Virus record (IMG/VR): IMGVR_UViG_3300040770_000184
Length of the DNA stretch: 64,000 nucleotides
From: a virus
Strand: one strand, 5' to 3'
Shown here: positions 40,301 to 46,468 of the stretch, piece by piece
Layout of the letters: every line of letters starts with the position of its first letter
How positions within the stretch are numbered: the stretch's first letter is position 1
Program-made: the position numbers and the translations under genes
The notes under the pieces: model-generated
Seen by the model: only the letters and a program-made list of their open reading frames with translations
Database searches by the model: none
Told to the model about the DNA's origin: nothing

Positions 40301-43300
40301 CATGCCATGAAGAATCTTTCTTATGTGGACTTCATGGCTGACCCAGAGAGCACTGATCCTAACGTCGAAGCGTTGGCCCGTGAGAAGTTTGACGTGCTGT
40401 CAGGTAAGTATCTGGTAGCTAAAGACGGTCTTGGCCGCTCAACCCTCCTCCCTGCTTTCTTGGCTCTAGCTACTGTTAATAACGAGTTCCGTGCGGTATT
40501 GGCTAAAGTCCCTGTTCCAAAAAATACCCATAACAATGCGGGCACACTGGATGCTTTGCTTGAGAACACAGGTAATCGCCTGACTGGTAAGCTGTCAAAT
40601 CGTATGTCGGGCATCAGTAAGAACTCAACCAATACCCAAGAAGCTATTGATGATCTGAACACCCACATCGGCAATATCATCGAAACTCGGGAAACCTTTT
40701 TTGACCAAGTGGCTAGTAAGAGCGGCGGTTTAATAGATCGTTCTAACGAAATCGTTACCAACGGTATGTCACTACTGTCTAGGAAGCTGATTACGCTTGC
40801 TAAGAAATCAGAGAAGCCGGGTACAAACAAGGTTCTGAAGTTTGCAGCCCAAGCCTCTACCGGTTTGGCCGCTGTTCTTGATGAGGAAATTGCTGGGGCT
40901 GTGGCAGATAACCTGCAGGGCGCTATAAACAAAACCAATATGTGGACCCCGGTACGGGAAATGCTTGGTGAGTTTATTGGCCGTACCGACAGTAATGCCA
41001 ATGTCTACGACATGATTAAAGCTGTATTGACCACTGTTCAGCAGACACGTCAGCAATACCGTGAGCACTTACCTGTCTTGATCCGTGAGAAGTTCTCACG
41101 GGAACTCAGCAGCGAAGAGTGGGGCGGTCTGCATCGTGTCTTGGCTAAAGGGGACATAACTGCTCTCAGAGACAACTACACCAATGCGGAGCTGTTGAAG
41201 CTGATGGTCTCCCCGAGTGCTGTAAACAAGGCAATCGACGATCTTCAGAACCAATTGAAGAATACTGACAGTGCAAACTACGCTCTCTTAGATGAGAAAA
41301 TGCGTCAGCTTGCTCAGTTCATGGTGGACGGAGTTCCTCAGAAAGCCTTGCTTCGTAACGCTACAGCCATCTCTCGTTTGCTGATGACAGGGGTAAAGAG
41401 CGGGTTCACTTCTCCAGCTTCTGTTAAGCAAATTGACAGTTTGGTAAGCCTGTACGCTCTCCAGAACCAATCGAAGGATGACATGGCCTCTCTTCGCACT
41501 TTGGCTCAAGATGAAAATGCTGGTCTGACCTTTGTTCTCTCTTACCTTGATGGTCAGCGTAAAGGCGAGGCTAGTAAGGAAGCTACTGCAGCAGCACGCT
41601 TGAACGTCTACAAGGGTTACATCCCTTCCCAGAGTAACTCTGAGTCTTCAATCCAAGTGTTTGATGACTCCAAGTACTCGGAATTGGTTGCTAAGTCTTT
41701 TGAGCGAATTGGTGATTATGTAGGCTCTTCGGTGGAGAGTAACCGTAACCGTGGTTACTACTACCTGCCGGTGGCTTCTCGCTCCACCTTTGAGCAAGGG
41801 ATTATTCAAAACGTCCGTGAAACCATTGGTGGTGTTGACGCAACTACCGGGCAAACTGTTGCACAAACTGCGGGTGTCATTGCTAATCCGATAGCTGTAC
41901 GTCGTATCCTGTCCCGTATCAAATCGGATACCAATGTGGAATCGTTGATGCCGGTATTTGACGCTGATGGTGACGTGGTGGCTTTTGAAAGAAGCCTAAA
42001 CCCAGCCATGATGGAGCGCCTGGGTACTGAAAGTGATCTTTCTAAGATGCTGGGTGTATGGCGTGGTCGCCAAGTGGAAGAGTCCTTTGCTCGTAATTAC
42101 AACGAGACTCTGATCAACCACTTGGGTGCCATGCTTGATAAAGATTTGGCTGAGTCAGCAAATAACATTAACGAGTATGTTGATCTCAACAAAACCAAAG
42201 ATCCCGTTTTGATGAAGGCCGTTTCTCTGTTTAGCCCTGCTACTAAGAAGTACGCTGAGCAAGTATTCCACGGTAAGTTCATGGTTCGTAAGGACATGTT
42301 GAATGATGTCCTTGGCTACCATGCAGCCACTGTAGGAGACTTTTGGACAGGTAACGGTCGTTGGTCTCCAGAGACCCAGAAAGCTGTTAGAAACATTGCT
42401 GTCTCTGTTTTTGGTAACGCTGCTTATCGCAAATTAGTGACAGCCGAATCAGTGCTTCAAAATGTTGTCTCTGATGCGCGTGTGTTGATTGTTATTAAAT
42501 CGGTGATCGTGCCAATGGCTAACCTGCTCTCTAACGTGTATCAGCTAATAAGCCGGGGCGTGCCTTTGGCCTCTATCACCAAGGGAATGGGTAAGAAGGT
42601 TGCTGAGATTGAGGCTTACACTCATGCACGTCTGCGTGAAATTGAAGCTGAAGCTGAGTTACGTGCAGCCAGTGGTAACGCTATTCTTGAACGTCGTTTG
42701 AAGACAGAGCTGCAATCAATCAAAGATTCGTACACACGTATGAGCATTTGGCCATTGATTAAGGCAGGCGAGTTCAGCGGTATCTCAGATGCTGGCTTGC
42801 TTCGTGCTGATGTGGATTTGACCTCGGGCCGTCTGCAGGCTTACATAGAACAAGCTGCTGCCAAGCTACCGGGTAGTGCTGCCACGGTTGGTCGCTATGC
42901 TTTGGTAACCAAAGACACGGCTCTTTTCCAAGGCTTGCAGAAAGCAGTTGAGTACGGTGATTTCTTGGCTAAAGCCATTCTGTACGATGACTTGACCCAA
43001 CGTAAGGGATTGTCTGAGGCTGCTGCCCTTGCCCGTATCACAGAGGAATTTGTGAACTACAGTCGTTTGAGTGGGCGCTTCCGGGGTGCTTTGGAGAACA
43101 ACGGTATACTGTGGTTCTACAACTTTAAGCTACGTATTGTGAAGATCGCTCTATCCACTATCAGGAATAACCCGGTACACGCTCTGTTGGCTACCGTGGC
43201 TCCTGCTCCAACTACCTTTGGTAGTGTGGGTATGCCAACAAGTGATAACTTCTTTACGAAGCTGCTTGAAGGGACACTAGATAACTCTGTAGGCCCAGGA

Positions 43301-43351
43301 CAGGCTCTAGATAGTCTTTCCTTGAACCCTTGGGTCAACCTCACACAGTAA
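31322..43351 (+). CDS. Virion-encapsidated RNA polymerase (N4 gp50-like), ~4,009 aa, with inserted SLOG-like domain
   Basis: T7-family motifs YVEADGISNGP (A), RGLTKNPLTITLYG (B), KIFDG (C); size; HELIH motif in C-terminal part; ATG at 31322 preferred over GTG at 31313. Confidence 0.95.
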   Translation: MPTFDSFQTLLDQATGVQPATPTDTKTDVLDRAGQIKKNQVAQASARKQEAMGPGVDSAYNIALSKLSSLGTLGRSDKENDLREMTPGQLYQKYGDQAGTLIKQVAQGTNAVMDTMNTPDRNAGQVAYDGATDIASGFGNALGGIAALGVGTVSSRGGAAISRELEEATRLNAAYQSDELRVRKQLAEDKNALAGRDNVEQRATDISNGDSELIAGLKSIGRETVNAVSIAGSDPAVLGSGVSNAVGSLLAAGPVSKGVSGLAGLAKLGDIGSKIATPVAIGAMESGGSYTQTVNDVMGRSHDQLLAESEDYRELVKTMSPDDAKLELANSTALKAAALTAPAAIAAGKLVSKFEGAPLSTMIRKAPGYVLKEPVEEGIQGASGQLAQNLAIQGSVDENQDLAEGVGRQAGEGALYGLGMTAVMGAPSGVVQAVGLAGKGTLAAGKAALGMMADRVDKQLQANKEASPLADKTVLAAATEAQATAGVEAPVMRQAVEETDATPEQKAEANSYIDSLVAANTYDVEADATPELLKPIMGDVKNRVEAIQRVAQYVNTVEEGSPAQMEAGVYLYDLVNGYQKLINSDPEALQKVPQDHPARTIVGQYVGLMDSLGKTPKVMDAIGKIQSALEKRAAKAVEITDEMLETPEGQKAVNDVINVAILAPEKGNLETTERVLNQVSRGKLQISPEQKAALDTSVAMLRAVAAADKEAQALGETDPVSLNISSVEGEKGPSLTQHAKGIMSAWKAGDRNTAAARLVEFHNFAKGMSNKLGAINTHFAAGDPKAVGVGYKIYVGGNLKDSPNVWRVYPNNVGSIKMAQKVGREAKMLADVYNNLVTAFPDLKGDHLDFIPLDPRLGIPAEEFVANHGKTTTPAEDAKTDTKAVPSGANDTRIPAGVSSLSNAVLATRLGNTNTNDPRYEIYQAEMDRREDAATLAEQQVAEKIAKAKEKAAIEETPKVVEKSPAVEKEAKPADKPAVTPVEEEVTSLASELEQVGGLAQFLGVRNTGVEPGAVPTLQQITDSLAGLLKALSEGAVTKQALASLLSWVDTSQEADAKRMERATYKKTDAKGEALPAEQVEANKAKYAERVALKAGTPRQYLTMQVAEELIEVLEAYLQNSDLAPDAPIFKLLEAQKRILKEYRFGAGTLVKDGGSPYNGLKNYQAVEKALEGIDIPVAWRETGVIEADVQALLAEEIKKLNPTMQAVTLAKVAVEAQPQPTTVSKAEPTETGSKTPEFDKLPSYDENNPSFTYAGIGSRQTPQAIQDLMTTLAERLSELGFTLMSGNAKGADQAFEAGVGKNSKEIFLVKDATDTTRAIAKEIHPSPNSLGDYALDLMARNTNQLFGKYLKLPVDFVLAWTPDGLEKSADRSIKSGGTGQAIDMASRKGIPVFNLATPDGLARFEAHIQKLESAAAAEGKAKPVEVIIVEESLEDSDSLIDFDAAMQEATVRDDAPMFMLEDTTTEAPAAPVVPTSVDMTQKLDVEMDEVPLTKEELDVPIMEAPIDDSGEGVAALFPRIMGVIKGVFSTSYKLPKVQKTRTIGTETPISFLRSALSNSANFTNLIGSSPKGKYDAKTAAEYGNLLDRAEEIVEKLKQNLANKLATDYKKGAKGTTIRELALGLKQIKTAKGVVYDPFRAADTKSMGITEQLNNTLEYNPELLEGAVLAGIQWFIDSDTRSDNLDEADVASMTGIDRAFVSSSMVDAMNTGTSLLDAKAALSSKILNYWGLSKENSGPIGYQSGVPEAIAGEIMRTFKEFGWLNADYYGVTKGGQFVKYDADGKAPLEMVKTLIQIRTEPLSKDSAVRAYPNALDMAVLIEPEEKTIIGDEGELAVSPTQMRNPDVKNTPQQLKTIANEQNTPYFLNLPMVNLFTAMGIDELKEAFVQVDTKNTLMNKNHRMSVEGQTQALASAFQSLTDTANRVDGYAEGGPLDQVPIRYAFNMSRVSRLQMLGKYTPQSNKLIREAIMPTRSVLDLTNAKDLFRFQLGLAQALGIKVHHKMPSAIKKDLAKRLDALAPTVQILESWVEKMGGLPTSLTPTMISNFKEAGIALTPVALHALVEKARYNKGMSLNAFNTAIYVEADGISNGPINAMMLFTVGGFTAQWLKTIAKGGMFIGHDRMTMNEHFTTTDAVDLYKTTANIHLKKMATLRKKLLKVAPDVAGQMDQLLVLMDLFMGSDMSFKEGVLTIDRGLTKNPLTITLYGSGAKGIAGNLVQSLTDALYERMSQTIEATSNQGMSPAEAMFGKQSSSLEEAQEKYAKFEKAFEALTTKVAVLNEDVGYALESVPETKRSEKESSLIEFTLSQQELSALRNNMHLLFVTPLTYAIKDTVGDSLLETTKLLRKATQVQSIFLAHAFKAELAKVLLEKGKDPLWNRNDFLTVEEVNKIKASIAHLAPNIVTEDQVFSIATGLVSPVGATTFGSALDGSFRSDPYLHAPKNAGVSGIPYMTIGAGDGLMMQLISTYSDAIEGTLKIFDGMNMPLDKIEEGSRQANAAVFESWSRNPLKAVYESYLAFTKVADTETLFEEMRPELTLALIGFTKEPVSYKRIMSEFNALPNMLNWAQQSIEARHRTVKKVNLSVDQMAAVGEPHVNKGTVVLDNSSYEAMEAQINVIYEEELADINKAERVDRTLNAELLLLTESHASGVEVLPASRLGELTTQMPKTQAAVMKEIIDTLAAEGYRIVFGGPEQIAKFNDAEGLYGNGGNSSEGLQGYTNIDSKVIYLHNNTTETFTHELIHAATFQAVLAHYLGTGTRRASMAVLRIEELMNQFLDLESSLIQVNSDVRDSYADAKAAIEDYLLDDTPGSKAAALNEFMAWTLANESLANIAKNTTATKFARIREAVLSFLKQLFNIKQEVGKDMLSNLLFNSTILIRSQPTVKERFTRTVLMQNSIYGDNDRLVSINESLNKTIGQYLKEKVHPNKVDATVALQTGIMQSYRVSQSFMAHGFDMNMQEASTFNTIVATLATEAKIDANAMATAQKLYVHAMKNLSYVDFMADPESTDPNVEALAREKFDVLSGKYLVAKDGLGRSTLLPAFLALATVNNEFRAVLAKVPVPKNTHNNAGTLDALLENTGNRLTGKLSNRMSGISKNSTNTQEAIDDLNTHIGNIIETRETFFDQVASKSGGLIDRSNEIVTNGMSLLSRKLITLAKKSEKPGTNKVLKFAAQASTGLAAVLDEEIAGAVADNLQGAINKTNMWTPVREMLGEFIGRTDSNANVYDMIKAVLTTVQQTRQQYREHLPVLIREKFSRELSSEEWGGLHRVLAKGDITALRDNYTNAELLKLMVSPSAVNKAIDDLQNQLKNTDSANYALLDEKMRQLAQFMVDGVPQKALLRNATAISRLLMTGVKSGFTSPASVKQIDSLVSLYALQNQSKDDMASLRTLAQDENAGLTFVLSYLDGQRKGEASKEATAAARLNVYKGYIPSQSNSESSIQVFDDSKYSELVAKSFERIGDYVGSSVESNRNRGYYYLPVASRSTFEQGIIQNVRETIGGVDATTGQTVAQTAGVIANPIAVRRILSRIKSDTNVESLMPVFDADGDVVAFERSLNPAMMERLGTESDLSKMLGVWRGRQVEESFARNYNETLINHLGAMLDKDLAESANNINEYVDLNKTKDPVLMKAVSLFSPATKKYAEQVFHGKFMVRKDMLNDVLGYHAATVGDFWTGNGRWSPETQKAVRNIAVSVFGNAAYRKLVTAESVLQNVVSDARVLIVIKSVIVPMANLLSNVYQLISRGVPLASITKGMGKKVAEIEAYTHARLREIEAEAELRAASGNAILERRLKTELQSIKDSYTRMSIWPLIKAGEFSGISDAGLLRADVDLTSGRLQAYIEQAAAKLPGSAATVGRYALVTKDTALFQGLQKAVEYGDFLAKAILYDDLTQRKGLSEAAALARITEEFVNYSRLSGRFRGALENNGILWFYNFKLRIVKIALSTIRNNPVHALLATVAPAPTTFGSVGMPTSDNFFTKLLEGTLDNSVGPGQALDSLSLNPWVNLTQ

Positions 43352-43352
43352 T

Positions 43353-43386
43353 AAAAAAAGCCCCTCAAATGAGGGGCTTCTTCTTT
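43353..43386. terminator. Bidirectional intrinsic terminator between convergent late and middle transcription
   Basis: AAAAAAAGCCCCTC-AAAT-GAGGGGCTTCTTCTTT; 7-T tract on minus strand. Confidence 0.9.
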
Positions 43387-43650
43387 GAACACCGGCTTGC
43401 GCCTGTTCCGGCAGATCTTTGGGTGTAGTAGCCCTGGCGGTTCTGCTCCTGCATACCCTGATCCGAATGCTTGATGCCTCCCGGCATTACTTTCCCAGTG
43501 AATTGCGGCAAAGCGTTTACTGGTTTTGATACGCGAAAATGCGCATCGGGGTGCGGTCGTCACCTTGCGGGCCAGGACGGACTATTCACCGTTTCCCGAC
43601 CCCGGAGAATCGAACTCCGTAGACCACACTCCGATACGATCTCTTGAAGT
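43385..43650 (-). ncRNA. Candidate structured non-coding RNA of unknown class
   Basis: No credible ORF; T-arm CGGAG-TTCGATT-CTCCG, GNRA-capped hairpins ATGCC-GGGA-GGCAT and GGC-GCAA-GCC, several further stems; bounded by hairpin terminators. Confidence 0.6.
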
Positions 43651-43673
43651 AAAGCCCCCTAACTCGGGGGCTT
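43651..43673 (-). terminator. Terminator-like hairpin overlapping stop of the 59-aa ORF
   Basis: AAGCCCCC-GAGTTA-GGGGGCTT followed by short T run. Confidence 0.65.
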
Positions 43674-43838
43674 ATCCTTTTGATCACCTGGGTAGTCTAT
43701 CCAATACAGGATACCGACGACTACTCCCACAACTAAGCCCACTGCAATAATGGGGGCTGCTGCAATGATGGCAGCAGTAATTACTACCACAGCCATCACT
43801 ACCATAAACGCCCAAAGCAGTATTTTGTTGATGAACAT
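43659..43838 (-). CDS. Small two-TM membrane protein (59 aa, MFINKILLWAFMVVMAVVV...), not in ORF track
   Basis: ATG overlaps TAA of 43838..44284 (TAATG); two long hydrophobic helices and charged tail. Confidence 0.75.
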   Translation of the reverse strand: MFINKILLWAFMVVMAVVVITAAIIAAAPIIAVGLVVGVVVGILYWIDYPGDQKDKPPS

Positions 43839-44284
43839 TAACCGTTGTTCGGCTTACGCAGGTTTGCAAACAGCGACTTTGGTGCAGCTGCTGCAAGGAC
43901 TTCAGGTTTCTCATCGTCCACTACAGGCTCTTCAGCCGGGGCCTGGGGGGCTTCCTCTTCCTTAACCGGCTCTGCTTCCGGCTCTGGCTCAGCTTCCTTA
44001 ACAACAGGCTCTGGCTGGGCTTCGGCAACCGGCTCTTCCTTTGCAGGAACAGCAGCGGCTTTTGTAGCAGTCTTGCGTGCTGGCTTGACTGCGGCCTTAA
44101 CAGGCTCAACCACTTCCAGCTCGGCTACTTCAGGAACGATGTCGATTAAAGCAGTGGTGCCTTCTTCGCCACGAGTGGCTTTGATGGTGATTGTGATGGT
44201 CATACCTTCGTTCACCGATACAAGATCGTTGACGTAGTTGGTGATGGCCTCTTCGATTTCCACTTGGTTCAACGTGATTTGCAT
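43838..44284 (-). CDS. Hypothetical N4-like protein with low-complexity P/E/A-rich middle
   Basis: MQITLNQVEIEEAI N-terminus, KSLFANL C-terminus; synteny next to vRNAP. Confidence 0.75.
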   Translation of the reverse strand: MQITLNQVEIEEAITNYVNDLVSVNEGMTITITIKATRGEEGTTALIDIVPEVAELEVVEPVKAAVKPARKTATKAAAVPAKEEPVAEAQPEPVVKEAEPEPEAEPVKEEEAPQAPAEEPVVDDEKPEVLAAAAPKSLFANLRKPNNG

Positions 44285-44291
44285 GATAGGT

Positions 44292-44846
44292 CTATACCTC
44301 TGCGAATAATCGCATTAACTGTTGAAATACCGAGGTCTGTACCCCGGCATGTATAGCGGCAATGGCATCGGCCACATGCTCTTCGTTTTCTTGGGGGACC
44401 CCGTTACGGAGCCTCCAATTTGCCTCTGGGTAGAGACTAAAGGCAGTGTCGATCATCAATCGCTTAGGGGCATTCTTGTTGCCGGTGAATACCTTTTTGG
44501 AGTCGATAGCCCCTACGATAATCATTGGTACTCCGAGAGCCTGAATAGCCCCCAAGATCCCAAGGACAACCCCATAAGACTTCATGCCATTGGCGCTCTG
44601 CGAACCTACAGGGACTTCGACAAATACAACCTTAGCTCGTTTAGCCACTTGAACTGCCAATTTAGCTAGTTCGGTAGCACGCTCCATATCGTCAGAGTTG
44701 ACCCTGACGTTTTTGGCTTTGCTTTTGCTGGTCTCAGCGGTCTGCAGTTGTACGTTGTCGAGCATCCCTGTATCTAGGCAGAGTGTTCCCTCAGCCACAC
44801 CCCAGTGGGTAAGGCTTGGGTCAAACCCAGCTACAGGGATTTTCAC
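44292..44846 (-). CDS. RuvC-like Holliday junction resolvase
   Basis: AGFDPSLTHWG, VFVE.P and EHVADAIA acidic catalytic motifs. Confidence 0.85.
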   Translation of the reverse strand: MKIPVAGFDPSLTHWGVAEGTLCLDTGMLDNVQLQTAETSKSKAKNVRVNSDDMERATELAKLAVQVAKRAKVVFVEVPVGSQSANGMKSYGVVLGILGAIQALGVPMIIVGAIDSKKVFTGNKNAPKRLMIDTAFSLYPEANWRLRNGVPQENEEHVADAIAAIHAGVQTSVFQQLMRLFAEV

Positions 44847-44849
44847 GAA

Positions 44850-45614
44850 TTAGCCTTTGTTAAACAAAGACTTACGTGGAGCTGCAGCAGCACCGGCAGC
44901 AGCACCCGATTTAGGTGCAGCTTTGCCAGCAACGGAACCTGCTTGGCCGTCTTTGATCTTACGGTTGTCACGAACGACACCCTTGTTCTTTTCGACCCAC
45001 TGGTCCCAGAACTCGCCAGCTTCTTTGCCTGCACGAGCTTCAGCCATCGTCATCTTGGTTTCCGTGTGGAAAGCCTTGACGATGCTGTTGATCTCACGGG
45101 TTTCGGGACCCGGCTCGTAGCTGCCATCGGCCTGCTTCTCGCCCTTGTTTTCCAGAATTTTCTGGATGCCCAGCGATACGGTTTTACCGATCACATCGAC
45201 GGCCATCATCACAACTGTTGGTACTTCCTTTTTCAGGTCGTAGTCATACAGCTTGATGGTCTTTTCTTCCCACGCTTGGTCAGCCAGGGCTTGACCCGTG
45301 GCAGCAAGACAGATGTCGTCAATCGTGGTGAACCCAGGCAACGGCACCTTTTTGGTGTTGTCTTCTTTGTTCAGGAACCAGTTTTCACCCTTTTTGTTGG
45401 TGACGTAAATGGTTTCACGGTATTCCTTGTCACCGACTTGAAACAGGACGGACACGTTGCGGGCATCGCTGGACTTGGATTTGCCTGCATAGAAGGCTTT
45501 GATCACGCCAGTGTACAGATCGGTCTCAAGCGGCTGGTAACCGCCACCAAGGCGATCCTCAGTTTCTGTGAGGCCGTCGTTAGTCAGGTTGCCAAATGGA
45601 TTGCTCATGTTCAA
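44850..45614 (-). CDS. ssb: Single-stranded DNA-binding protein (N4 gp45-like)
   Basis: EDRLGGG, YRETIYVT, LPGF motifs, KSLF C-terminus; synteny. Confidence 0.85.
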   Translation of the reverse strand: MNMSNPFGNLTNDGLTETEDRLGGGYQPLETDLYTGVIKAFYAGKSKSSDARNVSVLFQVGDKEYRETIYVTNKKGENWFLNKEDNTKKVPLPGFTTIDDICLAATGQALADQAWEEKTIKLYDYDLKKEVPTVVMMAVDVIGKTVSLGIQKILENKGEKQADGSYEPGPETREINSIVKAFHTETKMTMAEARAGKEAGEFWDQWVEKNKGVVRDNRKIKDGQAGSVAGKAAPKSGAAAGAAAAPRKSLFNKG

Positions 45615-45638
45615 ATTCTCTTTAATAATTGGGGCATG

Positions 45639-45662
45639 CTCTAGGGGAAAATTCCCCTAGAG
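45639..45662. repeat. Intergenic inverted repeat upstream of SSB
   Basis: CTCTAGGGG-AAAATT-CCCCTAGAG, perfect 9-bp stem. Confidence 0.6.
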
Positions 45663-45676
45663 AGTTTCACGCTGGC

Positions 45677-46444
45677 TCAGTTGTAGTACTCATGCAATCG
45701 AGCAAAGACCTGGGCCATATCGTTGTCGATGTACAGCTCTTTCCGGTCCCACAAGCCCATAGCCGACCGCATCTTACTGCCTGCAGTCTCTTTGGTGATC
45801 CGAGTACAGAAGACGTATTTAACGCCATCCTCCTGCTCGTTATCAGTGATGTGGAGCAGATCATTTTCAAAGCCTTCCAGCTTTTTAATGGGAATCTGCA
45901 TCGTAGAAAGAATGGTGGTGAAGTCTGCTTCAACCCCCACTTTACCCACAGCACCCTTGATGGGTACTCGGCTTTCCATCGTCATCGCTTGCTCATTCAA
46001 CGAAACGTCTTCGTGAGCATTGATAACGTAGTCTTTACTGCCGGATTTGATCTCATGGATAAACTCACGGTAAAAGTTCCCGTAGTCTCCCCATGCAGAT
46101 TGGCCCTGTTTGGTGCCAGCCAGCGGTACGACATACTGACGCTCGTACATACCCATCAAGAAGGTCAGGGTATCCAACACAGCACCAGTGACTTCAGGAT
46201 TTCCTTCGATCTCCTGAATGTAATCAAGAACATCCGTAGCATTTGCAATCTCTACGTTTGCCATGAATCGATCACGAAAGGGAATCTCTTTCAGATCCGT
46301 GTTCAGGTAAACCATGCTTTCCTGCTTCAAGTTACGAAGCGAGGTGGTTTTGCCTGTATTCGGCTTTCCCATGACGAGAACGATGTTTTTGTTTTGAGCC
46401 ATGCTCAATCTCCTTTGCATAGTGCCCAGCAGTCTTTGAACCAA
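45677..46444 (-). CDS. AAA/Sak4-like ATPase (N4 gp44-like)
   Basis: GKPNTGKTT Walker A, AVLDTLT Walker B; between primase and SSB. Confidence 0.85.
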   Translation of the reverse strand: MVQRLLGTMQRRLSMAQNKNIVLVMGKPNTGKTTSLRNLKQESMVYLNTDLKEIPFRDRFMANVEIANATDVLDYIQEIEGNPEVTGAVLDTLTFLMGMYERQYVVPLAGTKQGQSAWGDYGNFYREFIHEIKSGSKDYVINAHEDVSLNEQAMTMESRVPIKGAVGKVGVEADFTTILSTMQIPIKKLEGFENDLLHITDNEQEDGVKYVFCTRITKETAGSKMRSAMGLWDRKELYIDNDMAQVFARLHEYYN

Positions 46445-46468
46445 GAAAGGACTGCCGGGCTTCCGCTA

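Noticed and set aside
43117-43563. 148-aa minus-strand ORF across the intergenic element
   Set aside because: No SD, runs through the strong terminator and antisense into vRNAP, and composition is not protein-like
43385-43650. tmRNA (including permuted) or group I intron identity for the structured element
   Set aside because: No NCCA after the T-arm and no ANDENYALAA-like tag. Some P4/P7/L9-like snippets exist (CACTGGGAAA, GAGCAGA/TCTGCC, GCAA loop), but no P3 pairing, almost no room for P6, and no interrupted gene
43596-43667. Canonical tRNA built around the T-arm at 43619-43603
   Set aside because: Spacing from a putative position 1 fits by chance, but the anticodon stem does not pair, there is no D-arm or U8, the acceptor stem has a mismatch, and there is no CCA
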